64,000 nucleotides of DNA, taken from contig OZ024742.1 in NCBI GenBank assembly GCA_964016885.1, forward strand, positions 132,246,001-132,310,000, read 5' to 3'. A program made the translations under genes and the position numbers. Positions within the stretch are counted from its first letter, which is position 1, and every line of letters starts with the position of its first letter. The DNA comes from Eledone cirrhosa. Lineage: Eukaryota. This document shows, piece after piece, positions 25,259 through 39,936 of the stretch. The notes under the pieces were generated by a model. The model did not search any database. It worked only from the letters and a program-made list of their open reading frames with translations, and was not told the DNA's origin.

Positions 25259-25860
25259 ACACCCGCTTTCCTGTCGCCATGCCGGCCGCCTTCCACGCCA
25301 TGCTGCCCTCAACGAGGCCATTAAGCATGGCTTCGATGCTGCAAGCTTCCCTTGTCAGCTCGAGACGGTGGGGTTGGACCGAGGAGATGGCAAAAGGCCA
25401 GACGGTATGACCATCTTCCCGTTCCGTGGTGGCAAAGCCCTAGTTTGGGATGCCACTTGCAGTGACACTTTCTCCAGTCGCAACCTGGTCCAGTCTGCGA
25501 CTAACCCAGGTACCGCTGCACGTAGGGCAGAGGAGGCTAAACTCTCCACGTACCCGTCGCTCCCCGACATGTTCGTGGTCGTGCCTTTGGCAGTGGAGAC
25601 TTCTGGTGTCCTTGGCCTAGGGCTACCTCCCTTTTCACAATCATAGGCGCTGAGCTAGCGAGCCGCAGGTGTGAGCCTCGCGAGTTGGAATGGTTCTACA
25701 GCGCATCTCCCTTACCATCATCCGGGGAAACGCCTTCTCCATCCTGTCCGGTGGGGCTCTGGGGAGACCAGCAAGTGGGACCCCATTTACTCACCATACG
25801 GATTAATAATCAAAGTTATAAACTATTGTAAAAAACTTATTTAAGTACAAAAAAAAAACA
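25259..25860 (+). mobile_element. CRE-clade non-LTR retrotransposon 3' fragment (RLE domain)
   Basis: HPLSC..GR..RH..LN, GLDRGDGKRPDGMT..P...GK.LVWDATCSDT, AEEAK..Y, PLAVETSG, RISL.I.RGNA; A-rich tail at about 25848. Confidence 0.85.
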
Positions 25861-25906
25861 TTATGTCCAGAGACTAATTGGAGATTGTTATTATAAATGT
25901 GCTTTA

Positions 25907-26092
25907 GGGCGGGGAATTGGCACTATCGGTAGAGAGTCGGACGCCATGCTTTCTAGCATAGTTACGTCCCTTTACAGTCTGAGTTCAAATCCCGCCGAGG
26001 TTAACTTTGCCTTTCATCCTTACGGGGTCGATAAAATAAAGTGCCAGTAATTTACTGTGTAATTGCTGACCTTGTGCCTAAAGTAGAAACAC
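25907..26092 (+). mobile_element. Full-length tRNA-derived SINE with target-site duplication
   Basis: A-box-like tggcactatcgg; B-box gagttcaaatccc; Meta-domain-like cctttcatccttacggggtcgataaaat core; TSD 25888-25906 / 26093-26111. Confidence 0.92.
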
Positions 26093-26785
26093 TTATCATA
26101 AATGCGCTTTAGCCACATGAAAATCAATGTGACTTTAATACATTCTAGCAGCATGGCTTACAATTTGATGCAGAAATGAAGATAAAATATATAGCAAAAT
26201 ATATATGTTAAATATATATATATATTAAAATTCTAGTTCCTTAGATTTTATGAATAGTATCGATGAAGTGGTAAAAAAAATTCTGAAATAAAATCGAAAC
26301 ATAACGAAGATAATTAAATAAGACAGACATAGATAATAAATGATGGTACCTAATAAAGGTTAAATTATAATATAAAAAATAACACCAAATAATTGACATA
26401 TACATTATTTTATAAATGTTTTATTTCTATTTCGCTGAATATACTTATTTTCATAACATTGTTTATCTTATGTTAAACATTTCTATCATTCCTTTGTTTC
26501 CTCTCCAAATTTAAGTATTTTGTAAAGTTTAATATTCATTACAATAACAATTTCATAAAATGGCTAATGTATTCACCTACTGTGTTTCAGTAAACACATA
26601 TATATTTGATTTCTTTTCGTCATTAATGTTGTTGAATGGGCAATACATGTTATTATGATAAACAGTTCGATTCGTCTCGCATTTACGTTTAACAGCATTA
26701 CACTCGGAAACATGTATATACTACGTATATATTTTTAAAAGTTATTTCAGGAATATTGTTTTACATTGTAATTGTACATATCTAT

Positions 26786-27100
26786 GTTCGATTCCGAGGT
26801 TAATCTACCTTTCATCCTTACGGGGTCGAGATAATAAAGCACCATTAGGCAATACACTAGGATAATTGCTGGTCATGTGCCAAATGTACAAACAATTATT
26901 AATGTTTGATCGAGCGGTGGATTGGCAGAATCGGTAGAGGGTCGGGCGCCATGCTTTGCTGCATAGAGTTACGGCTCTTTATGATTTGAGTTCAAATCCT
27001 ACCGAAGTTAACTTTACCTTTCATCCTTACGGGATCGATAAAATAAAGTACCAGTAATACACTGAGGTTAATTGCTGGCCTTTGCCAAAAGTAGAAACAG
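26786..27100 (+). mobile_element. Partial plus full SINE, head-to-tail
   Basis: Same family; TSD ttattaatgtttgatcga (26896) / ttattcatatttgaccga (27101). Confidence 0.88.
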
Positions 27101-28689
27101 TTATTCATATTTGACCGATTAAACCCACAATCCCAAATCTTTCGGACATGAAACCGTATATTTCTAAGTTTGTATTTTATCATGATATCGATGATGTTCC
27201 TAATATATTGTATGATCATATTGAAACTTCCTCGTACACATAATAATCGACGTAAAAGATTTAAATGTAATAATTTTAGCGATAGAATAGTTATGAGAAA
27301 ACAGTTCACCTCACGCGGAATCATATGTAAGTAATATGTGGGCTGCAACTAAATCCTCAGATGCGTTTGTACATCAAACGATTTAATTATGCAATAACGT
27401 TTGTCAGTTATCAATAGATGTTGCATGCCGAATGGCCAAACGTTATTTTCACATTCAAGATATTTTGTTTTCAGCCCAAATGCACACGTGTCTTTTACCG
27501 CAGCTTCAAGTCTATCCAACCCTTGGGAATGAAATTCAGTACCCAGAAACTGATTGTATGATAGAATGACACGTCTTGTCACATTGAATTACTAGTTCCA
27601 AGAATTATCTAAACAATAATAGATATTTAGACGGTAAGAATGATTTATATTATTAAAAATGATGGATTTATTAAACAGAAATATGAAGATGCATTCTTTT
27701 TGCCCGCTATTATAAACCACATAATGTGACATTGTGAATGCTTTGATAGTAACGGAAATGCAAATCTGTAATTCGAAGACAATATACGGAACCCATTTAC
27801 GAAGCCCAATGTTAAATCGACAATAAAAACGATAAGAAGCCAATCTGAGCATCTATACGTGTCCTCGAACCCTATTATAAAACAAGGCGCAATATCTCCA
27901 TGAAATCGCTACATGCCATCGTTCAATTGGAAGGGCCGCTCAAATTATGTAATCCTTGATAAAATGTGATTCGGATTGGCAGAAAAATTATGGGTGGAAA
28001 TATATAGGACAGAGAAGTTTTTAAAATAAATAGATATATAGAAGGAATTTGTAGTTTACTTGAAGCATTGTATAGGGTATAAAGAATTCTATGTTTGAAA
28101 ACCATTATAATGCAGGTTTTGAGGGAGAACAATTAAATTGTAAGAAACAGGGCTTGTTTTTTTTTACCTTATGTCCTGATATTTCGAGATTAATGTCTCA
28201 TATTTACTCAACTCAACGGAAACCTTAATGAACCACAAAACGATTGGACCATTCGTTGAGAAAATGTCAGGTTTTTAAGTATATTTTGTAAGAAATATCT
28301 ATTTAAATTGGAACACATTTATATGTGACATAACTGTTTAAAAGAGGAATGGAAAATTCTTCCCCGACTAAAAATATTATGATAATATTTTAAGTTGTAT
28401 ATGAAATATATCGATTTTCAATTAATGCGATGGGAAATAAATGTATTGGATAGCGATAACGAAGAATTGGCAAGACAGGTTCAGCTGACAACTAGAGTTA
28501 TCTCAATCCTATACGAACTGTGATTTTTCATATCCATACTAACATGAATATTTAAAAATGTAAATTAAGATACTACCTAAGAAACCAGAAATAATCTTCG
28601 AGAGGAATTATAATCAAATTAACAATATTAAATGAAAACCACAAATAAATATGTTTCTACTTTTAGAACAAGACTAATGAAGCGAAGTG

Positions 28690-28800
28690 TGTTACTGGTA
28701 CTTTATTATATCGCGCCCGCAAGGATGAAAGGAAAAGCACACTTCGGCCGCATTTGAACACATAATTTAAAGGGTTGTAACTATATGCTGCAAAGCACGT
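28690..28800 (-). mobile_element. Degenerate SINE fragment
   Basis: tactggtactttatt..aaggatgaaagg..tttgaac. Confidence 0.65.
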
Positions 28801-30035
28801 TACCAGAAATAAATATGTAAAAGAAATATACAACGAAGATATATGAGATAATTTCATAGAAACGGAAAGTAAAACAAAATTAAAGAAATACTTTGGAATA
28901 TTCAGTTTGTTTTAATTTATTTTGCTTTACTAATTAAATGTTTCTACATGTAACATTTCTATACTGAAACATATCTGTTTAATACGTGCCATGTATATTT
29001 TAAATATATTGCAAGGATGAAATAATTAACTGGAAACGTGCAATTGGTGTATAGTCGAATTAAGCATCTTGCAGTACATTCAAATGTGTAAACACACTTT
29101 CTTAGTTTTTCACTCCGCACAGTTGGAATTTTCTCTCACTCATTCAAAGCCATTAATTACCCGGAATTTACAGGTGACATATCCTTCGAATTGAAACGTC
29201 TCCTAAAACATGTGTGGCGTCTCTTTCACTGTAACTTATTAAATGTTGGCGTGTGATGTCTGTTTTATATAGATGCACAGTGTTAGTCCAGTGTCAATTA
29301 TTCTTTAAAGCCACCTCTTAATTTTCACTTACGTTAATTATACATTAGGAAAAATCATAAAATTCTGTTCTTCACATCAACGTAGTCATATGAAGGCATT
29401 ATTATTTTAAATATTTTGTCGAAATTGTTAGGAGAAATTTACTTTAGATATATTATTCGATGTATCAAACGTTGTCGAAGAAGACTAACTTTCTTATGGT
29501 ACAGGTAACGGAATCAAATTCAATACACGTTCGAACTAATTATTGTACACCAATGCCAAAACAAATACCATTGAGAATGTTGAGAAATCATGAATATGAT
29601 CATTATATTATATTTGTTTCTTTCTTTATTCCCCCTCTGTGTCATTACACAAACACACGCGTACAAACTCACTCACATACTAACTCACACACGCGCACAC
29701 ATACACACACACTTGTATATGTGTACGTCAGTGTGTTAGCACTGAAAACATTACTTTCACCCAACACCGCTAATCAGTCACTAAGCGTTCTTTTCTGCAT
29801 ATATTTATTCTACTATAAATAGAAGTAAAACCGTTAATAATTCCTAGATTACTATAAAGAGTCTCACATTCGTAAATCTCTCATATCAGCCATGGAAAGT
29901 TATGATATGTTCTTACAGACTCTGCTAGATAATACTGAGTAATTAAAAGGTTGCCTTATTCGAACTTTACTCACTATAAAAGACGCAAATAGGGACAATC
30001 ACTTCGGTCATGTGCCTAGTCTTTGCAACACTTAC

Positions 30036-30204
30036 AAATTGTAGAACATCTGTATCCTTGTTAGATACACCATGGGAAACATCGAACACATTCGAACCGT
30101 AGCACGGTTGAGGAGTTTTCGATCACATATGGAAATAACTTCAGCTGCCTCATACATGGAATGCATGGTTTTCTTTAATTCCTCGGAAATGTAGTTCAAT
30201 TGAC
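30036..30204 (-). CDS. Candidate internal coding exon of an unidentified host gene (169 nt, phase 1 to phase 2)
   Basis: Acceptor ttattttcttatcttcatatctcAG and donor GTAAGT. One frame is open throughout: QLNYISEELKKTMHSMYEAAEVISICDRKLLNRATVRMCSMFPMVYLTRIQMFYN. The sequence is non-repetitive. Confidence 0.55.
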
Positions 30205-30305
30205 CTGAGATATGAAGATAAGAAAATAACCTTAAACAGCCAGAATCATCGCCTATATGAAAAGGCTACTGAAAACAATTAATTTCCAATATATCTATAT
30301 CTATC

Positions 30306-30405
<100 letters not shown>

Positions 30406-30690
30406 TATCAGTGCTCTGAAATAGCGATGTATGTATGAATGTATGTATAGTATATTTGATAATACACTGTATGTTTATTTAAACACATTTTGAAGACCAT
30501 TCGCTATGAGTGTTAAAGTAGTGACTATGTTAAATCCCATTAATATAAATATATATATATATATATAACACTCGTACTTCCCTTACGTAGATATGCCTGT
30601 AATGTTGTGTGTGTATATAAATGCAGACATACACACACATACATACATACACACACACTCAGATCACACATACACTCACACACACACATA

Positions 30691-30817
<127 letters not shown>

Positions 30818-32477
30818 CTTTTTGTGTCTGTGTAATTGTTTATATCATTGTGTTCCTTTTTGTATTCATGTTTGCGTGAATTACAACGATAAACCATATA
30901 ATTGCAAGCTGGCCATTCATATATAATACATATACATTTGTCGTTCTGGATTACAACGCATAAATATCTGACATTTTCAGCAAATGTAAAGATTAATACG
31001 CTTTCCTAGAAAAGACAAAATTAATCATGTTAAAATGTAGCAGGAAAGAAAAATGTATGGAACTAAAGACATATAACTTGGGGAAAAAATGACCTATTAG
31101 TCTTCAGAACACTAAGCTAATATAATACGCAAGACTCATACTCTATATGTCTTTACTACGTCTTCAAAGATTCGCGCGGTGTATTATATATCATTAACTT
31201 GTGTCCATAATAACTTCTCATTAGAGAAGAGTTTCGTTTTACATATGGCTGCTTCTGAGAAGAAAAGGATTTATTCATAATGACCGCCAGATAAGATTGT
31301 TCTCATGTCATGTATTTGGCTGCGGGATGAAATTATCCGCTGAAAGTTTATATCCGAGTGTGGTCTACATATGTTGATGGATTTCAAATGACAGAGGATT
31401 AAAATGTCTAATGAATATGAACGTTGTTATTCATTACATGCCTGTTGAATGCGAGAACAGGATTTAAAACTTCCGGTGATATTTTACGTATGAATGTCTC
31501 TTTAGAATTTGCTGAGCATTTTTCTCTTGCCTACAATGTAAATTGATATTTTCACTACCAATCACAGGATATTGGCCAAGAACAACAAAATAGTTCATCG
31601 ATAAATCAAGGTACCGGATCGGATATTATCATTATTATATTACATAAGATATTATCATTATATGACATAGTATATTATTGCAAATGACTGATTCTAAAAG
31701 CTTTCTCGTCATCAAAATCTATGACTTTACATACAGAGAAAACCTGAAGGGTTAAAATATGTTTTTATGTATTTACTGTTACATAGATAACAATAATTGA
31801 GACCTTACTTGAAAATTAGTATTAGTTACTCAATTTCAATACACGTTGTAATATGTTTTATGAAATATAATTTCATTTAGTATATGTATGTTTCAATATA
31901 TTTACATGTAAACAAACAACAGATGTCGATAATTATAAGGACTGCATACTGTCTATATTTAAATCTCGCTGTAGATTTCATTCTCTTAAATCAATACGTG
32001 ATCGATAAACATGTACTAAATAGATACTGTGACTGCTTCAATTACCAAATTTACTCCTGTCATCATCGTATTCTTGTTAGCATAAAAATAAAGTATAGCA
32101 TTCAGGGAATAGAGTGAGAAAAACATTTAATGAACGGGGATTATCAAGTTTGGGATCAGCTCGGAATACTTGAGTTCGGTTCATAGATTACCCATGAGTC
32201 AGTTCACTCTTTCTCGATGTCAGCGGTGTAGTTAAGAGGAAACTGAAGAAAATATACCCGGTATAAGTTGGTTTGCAGTAGTTGCAAGTAAACGTTTTGA
32301 ATAGGAATATCTCAGAACTTCGGGAGTTTCACTCCGATGTATCTGTAAGTTGTTAGTTGTTGTTACAGCTCACACATATGAAGGTTTAGCTAGCCTCCTC
32401 CGAGGTATATCTCGTTGGAGGTGCCTTGGGTGATTTAATGATAAGGACTCCAGTCCTATCATCTCATTTCTACAACT

Positions 32478-32607
32478 GAGTAAAACTGGAGCAACGTGAA
32501 AAAGTGTATTGCTCAAGGAAACAACACATCAACCGGTCCCAGAATTGAACTCACGACCTTTCAATTGCAAGCGCATTGCTCTAACCACTAAACCATGCGC
32601 CTTCACG
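32478..32607 (-). mobile_element. 5' half of a second tRNA-derived SINE family
   Basis: Reverse complement reads gtgaaggcgcatggtttagtggttagagc...gtgagttcaattct...ttgagcaa; homologous to 43496-43620. Confidence 0.8.
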
Positions 32608-33804
32608 TGTGTCTGTAAGGGTTTTTTTTCATTAGTTATTTGACCTATAATTCGAGATATGCTTCTAGGCTTAAACTTGGACTACAATTAGCTTATGTGA
32701 ACATGACAATGTACTACCTCCAGCCTGTTTTGGAATCATAATATTTGGCTAATGTGATTCTTAACAAGTTGACTAGTCAGAGATGAAGGTTAAAAGCATG
32801 ATGGATGGGGGGGGGGGGACTTGTAACCAATCTTATTGACACTCTAGACGCATCACATCAATCAATATTTTTACAGCCATAGTTAAATACAATTATGGAT
32901 GTTATTTATTCCATACAATAACTTGATCAATAGTGTTAATCGATTAATATTATTTTTAATAATCATTAGTTGATCATCCTGATTGAATTTCAACTTGATA
33001 TACAAACAAGTGAAGTTGCACGTAAAATATATACGGACAGTTCCCTCATATCTTGAGTGAAGAGCATACAAAATATGTTTGTATGTAAAATAAGTTACGT
33101 GTATAAATCAATGTTTTAGCATTTGATTATTATATTTTGAAAGAAATTGTATTTTCTTTTAAATCAAAACAATCGCGAAAAATGAATTTTGTTATAAAGA
33201 ATGTTTTGAATATAATATTATTTACTTTTTGGAATTTTAAATAAGGAATATAGTTATTTAAAACAAAATATTATTGTTTAATATTTAAACTTACGAAACA
33301 CATCTGTAGCCTAAATAAAGTAATAAAAGTTAGAATTCCTTTAATACTATGTAGAGAGAATTTAAACAAATCATTGGAGTTCATTAAAATAAAAGAGAAA
33401 GCAAAACCGAAACATTCTAAAATCACATAAATATTTTCGATCTAGTTTCACGTATTCAACACTGTGAAACAATAGGAAATTAATCAATGTTAATATTCAA
33501 TGTATTGATAAAAGATATGTAAAACTTTAGATATATTTTACGGGTTGAAAATAATATTCTTTATTTAATGTTTACAATCAGAGTATTCTTTTTTTAAAAT
33601 TTAATGCATAACAATAACCAACAATAACCAACAATAACCAGAAGAAACGATTTTCTTGGGAGGCTCCGCAATTGGTGAAACGTAGACGCAAACACACATA
33701 CAGACGTACACATACACACATGCACACGCACACACACACACAGACAGACACACACACAAGCACACATACAATCTTTTACTTACATATACACACATATATC
33801 AATT

Positions 33805-35500
33805 CGGAGAAGTAGCGGCTCTGCCAGGAGCGACAGTCTGATCTCCAAGCTACGGACTCAATCGAATAACCTTATTCAAAGACTTTTCGCTAGAACTCCA
33901 TTTCGGACGATTGTATTAGCGAGCGTATTATTTTAGTCATTATACCAAAGATTCATGACCATAGGAAGAGGTTGTTACAAATACCGAATTGAAGGTAGCG
34001 AGTTTGGCTTTTACACTTAATTCACTTCTTTTGAATACCAAATGGTGAAGCTGGCGCACTACTGCACAATTCTTGCACTTAATTCAGCCTCCTACCTTCC
34101 ATCCCTCGAGATCAGTGCCTCGAGATACTTGAATGTTTCCACCTGTGGAACTCCATTTACATGTAGATTGTACTGCGCAGCTTTTCAGTACTGATTTTCA
34201 TTCCTCCAATGTAGCACTCGGCATCAAACCTATGAAGTGTAAGTCGGAGATCACCTTCTCTCGAGTTAAGTAATAGTATTCTGTCTGCAAATTCCAACCG
34301 ACTGACTTTTACACCACTTCATACGGCTTTCAACGTAGTTGCGGATGTCAATCCTGTTCAGAAATATAATGGACCTGAGAGGTGACTTATGCACCATTGG
34401 CGGAGTTCAAATCTCACATTGAATGGTTTCGATTTTGCACCATTTATCTGAACTCAAATTCTCGGGCATTCATAAAGAGCCATCAGGACAATAAGAAACT
34501 GACCATCGATCCCATACTCCTGCAGAAATTTCACTGGCAGATTCATGTGGAACATTATCATATGCATTTTCGATGTCTACAAAGCAGTATTCCCTAGATT
34601 TCTGAAAAACCTACCGCAGCGTGAATATTTGGATGGCTCTGCTGCATCTGCACGAAAACCGCACTGTTTAGCAGACACCATGGACTCGACAATCTCACTA
34701 CATCACTTTGCCAGACTCGTAGCACAGACTTTACTGGGGAGGTTAAACAAGGAGATCCCTCTGTAATTGGAGCAATCACTGTTGTCATCCTTTTTGAAAA
34801 TTGCGATCGATTATCACTCCCTATTGTCATTGCTATTGTTTAGATGTCTTTCCAGATATAGGGACCAGTCGGCATACACGCGTCAGAAAATGTTTATTTT
34901 CTCTAATAAAGTTTCGTAGCACCTCGGGCCTTTCACCCTTCCCTGCGGCCATACCATTTTGGACTTCTTTAACTGTTCTTGTGATCTAAGCCTGCGTGAG
35001 ATTAGCTATTGCTCCCGGGTACACATCTTGTTCAACAGATAATGGTATTGTGATCGGGTTTAGGAGATCAATGTATTCCCTCCAACTTGTGAGGATGCAA
35101 CTCCCCGAAGAGAACCCCAGGCGTGTTCCTGTTAACAGGTGTGGAGAAAGATTTCTTATTACGAAATCGGTGGATGGTCTGCCAGAACATTTTATTTGCT
35201 GATCTGAAGTTGGATTCCATCTTAACCTTAAAGGCCTCCCATGCCTTAAATTTCGACGCCTTTACTGTCTCTGCTGTGATACCACGTGCCTACTTGCACG
35301 ATATGTGCAAGAAGGAGGACTTATTGCCAAGCCACACTTTGTAGGTCTTCTTTTCTCAGATAGTATATTTGACTTCTTGGTTGAAAAAAGTAATCCTGAC
35401 AATCAGCGCCACGCCAAGCTTCTTTCGGCTGCAGCATTTAACACCTGAAGCAGAAACTGCTGAAGCGGAAGCAGCTGAAGCAGACACCATTCAACATAAA
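33805..35500 (-). mobile_element. Old RTE-clade LINE remnant
   Basis: YRGISLFNLPSKV (about 34720-34766), KQCGFR (about 34650-34670) and a FAD remnant (about 34285); many stops and frameshifts. Confidence 0.7.
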
Positions 35501-36976
35501 TGTAGTTTAGCTCCTGTTACAGTTGACTGATTCATAATGCCCTTACCCCACTACACTCATTAGGCTTAGTTACTCTCATAGGTGTCCCTTCAGGGTAACT
35601 TACTCTTATTTATTGTGGTAAATTAACAGACAGGACCATCCACCACACTTTTTAATTGAAGAAATGTAGAATATGAATTATAGAAAATGAAATTACGATA
35701 ACAAACTCGACTTCAAGTAACATACATCTCCCCTGTTCCTTTATGAATATCGAGGAACACGATCAAAGGAACGACCGGCCTAGGTAGAGGTGACGCGCTT
35801 GAACAGACAACATCAAGCTGACCAGGCAAAACAGTCACTGTCTCGGTGAATCAATGTAATAATATATGGACTTTTTACAACTGGTATTATGATTTATATT
35901 TTAGGTATTATTTATTATGTATTACGTCATATACCTTATATATTATATATTACGTTATATTTTTTCAGTTTTATTATATATCATATTTCGTATGTAGTTT
36001 ATAAATTTTGTCATTTCCAGACCTTATTTGGATCTATTCAAATACCTAATTTGAATTACTCACATTTATGACATATTATTAACTTTATCCACTCTTCATG
36101 ATTTATTTACCTTTAACTTTCTAATTGATTTGTAGCATACTATACACTTTGCTATTATGTAGCATGTATTATGTTTTATAGCATATACTTTACATTTTAC
36201 GTTATAATTTTGTTTTCCAAATTGTATTATATTTCATAGGTAATTTGTAATTTTTGATATTAGAAAATCGCATTTGCCTCACCAATTACTTACTTCTGTA
36301 ATTAATTATCTCAGCTACTTTTTTACAGTTACTACATATTATTATAATTATAACTACCCACTCTTTGCGACGTATTCACCGTTATATTTTATATACGTTT
36401 TAGTGTGTATTATCGTGACCTTTTCCTATGGCTAGAATAGGTTGCGTACTTTCAAATATTGCCATTAGAAGAAGCAACGCTATGAATGCATATAAGTGGT
36501 TATCTGGTGTGCGTTACCACTGGGTCACAATCATTATAATCTGTTATCACCCTATAGATATTATACCGTTTTACATCAGCAATTTTGATATTTAATATAT
36601 TAAAGATTCATCACGACGCTACGCTGGTTTACAGCCAAGGGCTAGCATCGACTTCGCAGTCTACATAGCACTCCCAGACCTTGCAAATCATACCAGACTG
36701 TTGACTGTCAGGGACCTTACGAATGGCCGTTATGTGTCACTGACAACCCCTCCTTGGTGACGCTTACGGTGCATAGCATTGTCAAGTGCGTGGCTTAAGG
36801 AGGCGATCTTTTACTGAGGTCGCATTGAACGATAGAGCGCCTCCGGGTCAATTCTTTGTTTATGCTTTGCCGTAAACCAAACATTGGTTTCTTAATCCTT
36901 TATGTGAATAACACTTGGAGACGTCGCCATATGCCTTGTCGGCCATAGAAATATATATCGTAATTTTTTTCTTTTT

Positions 36977-37007
<31 letters not shown>

Positions 37008-37015
<8 letters not shown>

Positions 37016-37396
37016 TAAAAGGAAAAGAAAATGCTGACAAATTTTTCCCAGTGAAAAATAGTTTAATTAGGAATAAGTATAAATTAGTAATAAGTATTGG
37101 TTAGTATTCAGTTTTAGTTTTAAGTTTTTACCGGTTGCCCACTTCTAATGCTTTTCAAAAATAATTTTTTAGATAGAGCGCTCGTGATGTTTGCTCTAAT
37201 CAGATTAGAGCAAACATCACGAGCGCTCTATCTCAAAATTATTTTTGAAAAGCATTAGAAGTGGGCAACCGGTAAAAACTTAAAACTAAAACTGAATACT
37301 AACCAATACTTATTACTAATTTATACTTATTCCTAATTAAACTATTTTTCACTGGGAAAAATTTGTCAGCATTTTCTTTTCCTTTTACTAATATAT
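37008..37396. repeat. Near-perfect palindrome, about 194-bp arms with a 1-nt centre at 37202
   Basis: ttagtaaaaggaaaag...ctctaatc A gattagag...cttttccttttactaa; abuts (TA)n. Confidence 0.96.
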
Positions 37397-37555
37397 CACA
37401 ACTCGTGTGTTTCACCTCTATTTTTTTTAAATATATATATGTGTGTGAGTGTGAAGCACATGACTGGATAGCTCCGCCGCTTTTCATATATGTGGGCTTG
37501 GTGAAGATTCAGAAAATATTATCATTGATTCTTTTAGTTGTATATACAAACTCAC

Positions 37556-37605
37556 ACCTCCACTTTGAACGAATTAGATGTGTTCTAGAAGAACGCACGA
37601 TATGC
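37556..37605 (-). CDS. Possible 50-nt exon, phase-compatible with 30036-30204
   Basis: ttttgctgctatttcAG / GTGAGT. The only open frame, HIVRSSRTHLIRSKWR, ends in phase 1. Confidence 0.25.
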
Positions 37606-38357
37606 CTGAAATAGCAGCAAAAACTCCCTCATATCACATCCTACCATCTAAGCAATAGGAACAAATACGTTGGATGATGTAGTTCTACATAAACTCTACT
37701 TGAATTAAAATACTAGGCAGTTTATTTGGAATATATTCGCGCACCTTTTTGTCGAATCATATCTGAAGTCAATTAAACAAGTAAAGCAGCAGCAAACACA
37801 ACATTTCCCAATTTCTTGTTTCGCTATATCTACGTCTATTTTTAAGAGTAAGTCATTTATTGATTTATGTTATGTATTCTCAGATTGGCATTAAATATAT
37901 TAAAAATAATAAGCACACTCACTTGAAAAATGAAAATCAATATATAACTGAAGTAATGAATTGCATGAAATGTTTGCAGTTGATTTGGCGTTACTATTGA
38001 ATAAAGCTGGAAGAGGATGGCTGATTACCGTAATCAACAAGAACGCAACGAAAGCAATTAAATATGAAGCCAAGCCAAACACTTAGAAAGACACAGAAGA
38101 ATATAAAAAAACAGCAACAAATATACATTAAAAATTAAGGAAATTATTCTAATTTTTTAAATGTAACTATACTAAAGACGCCGATGAACTGGCATTGAAA
38201 AGGGAAATGGAAATTTAATAGATTGATGAACAAACCTAAGTGGACATGGAAAGCTTTTTTGTTTGGTTTTATACGTATTTAAGTGGTATGTATTAATATA
38301 TGTACAATTGGAAGAGCAAAGACAACTTCGGAAAACAATTATAATATATATAAATAC

Positions 38358-38396
<39 letters not shown>

Positions 38397-38926
38397 ATTA
38401 TATATATATATACATATATATATATATGTGAGTGTGTGGGTGTGTGTCTGTGTGTACGTGTGTGTGTGCGTGTATATTTATATTTATATTTATATTTATA
38501 TACGTATAAATATATGTGGAGGTGGATGTGTGTGCAAATACATGTACGTAACATAGCGTCAGTATATATTGACCCTGCAGTATGCTTGGCAGTATGTATT
38601 TCTATATACGAACACACACATGAATACATAACACAGTGTTTCAATCCGTTTGTTCATTGTGAAATGTGTTGTGTGTGGCGAGCAGTGAGCTATTGAGTAA
38701 CGAAGAAATGACAAAGCAATTAGTGAAATGGCGTTACAGACGCCCGTCAATGCATCATGAAAAGTTAGAAGTTCACTAACGCACGTTTGACCTTTTAAAC
38801 TCCTTTTCGAAACATTCGTCCAAAATGTACTTCTGATCACTGGCGTAAAATTAGATCAGCGAAGTAAAGCTAAGAGCTTGCTTGATTAACAGGCTAAAAA
38901 GATAGAAAGATAAATGGAAAGAAGCA

Positions 38927-38970
<44 letters not shown>

Positions 38971-39167
38971 AAATAACGAATTATAAGGTGATAAAAAGAT
39001 AATAATTTTATGGAAAGAAGAAGGCAAGTCTCTCAAAAGGTGTGCGTAAAATAATAATGATCTCGAATTTAGGCACAAGGCCAACAATTTCTCGGGAATA
39101 GTCAATTTCATCCACTCCTGCCCGTGACTGCAACTATATTTTATCGTCTCCTAGTGGGCATTTCAAC

Positions 39168-39655
39168 GAATAATAATAATAGTTTCATTATTAGCCACAC
39201 AGGGCTGACATTAAGTGAGCAATAGAAACGGAACAGAACTATACAGTATGGGCTTTTGTGTGTAAAACATATTTATAACGAAAACTAAAACATACATAAA
39301 CATAACATTAAAAGAAAACCCCAAAATTCCCCAGTAGGGAGAGGCCTATGAGGATAATTCGTGGAGTAAGCCCACAAAAAGCTACGGAAAGCTTGATTGC
39401 ATGAGCCAGTGCACTATCGCAGTTGTGCTCCTCCAATTTACAGCCGCAGCCCTGTCAATCACTAAAATCTCAAACAGGGAGTAGGATGAAAAAGAGTGCG
39501 CTAAAACGGGGAGAGATGAGGCAAAACAGGATAATTTTACATAATGAAAGTTATAGCCATTTTCACAAGAGGAGACGTCTCTCACCCGCCCAAGGGTGAC
39601 AGGTCTGCAGGGGCATACTTATAGCAGGACAATTGATTAGGTCAGTGCTCACCAC
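39168..39655 (-). mobile_element. Old L1/Tx1-type 3' UTR remnant
   Basis: (AAT)n plus tttcattattagccacacaggg, matching the 3' ends at about 54490 and 60546. Confidence 0.6.
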
Positions 39656-39872
39656 TCTCACACAACATTTAACAACACTAATGATAATAATGGTTTCTGA
39701 TTTAGTCACAAAGACTCGGGAAGGGGGAAGTCAGTTAAATCGACCCCTGTGCCTTACTGAATAAGGTCGGATTTAGAAGCTAGGAGTTCCGGGGGCACTT
39801 CAAGAATTTCTCGGGGGGTGGGACGGATCATACATAAATATTTTTTGTATATATAAGAGAGAGATAGAGAGA

Positions 39873-39936
<64 letters not shown>

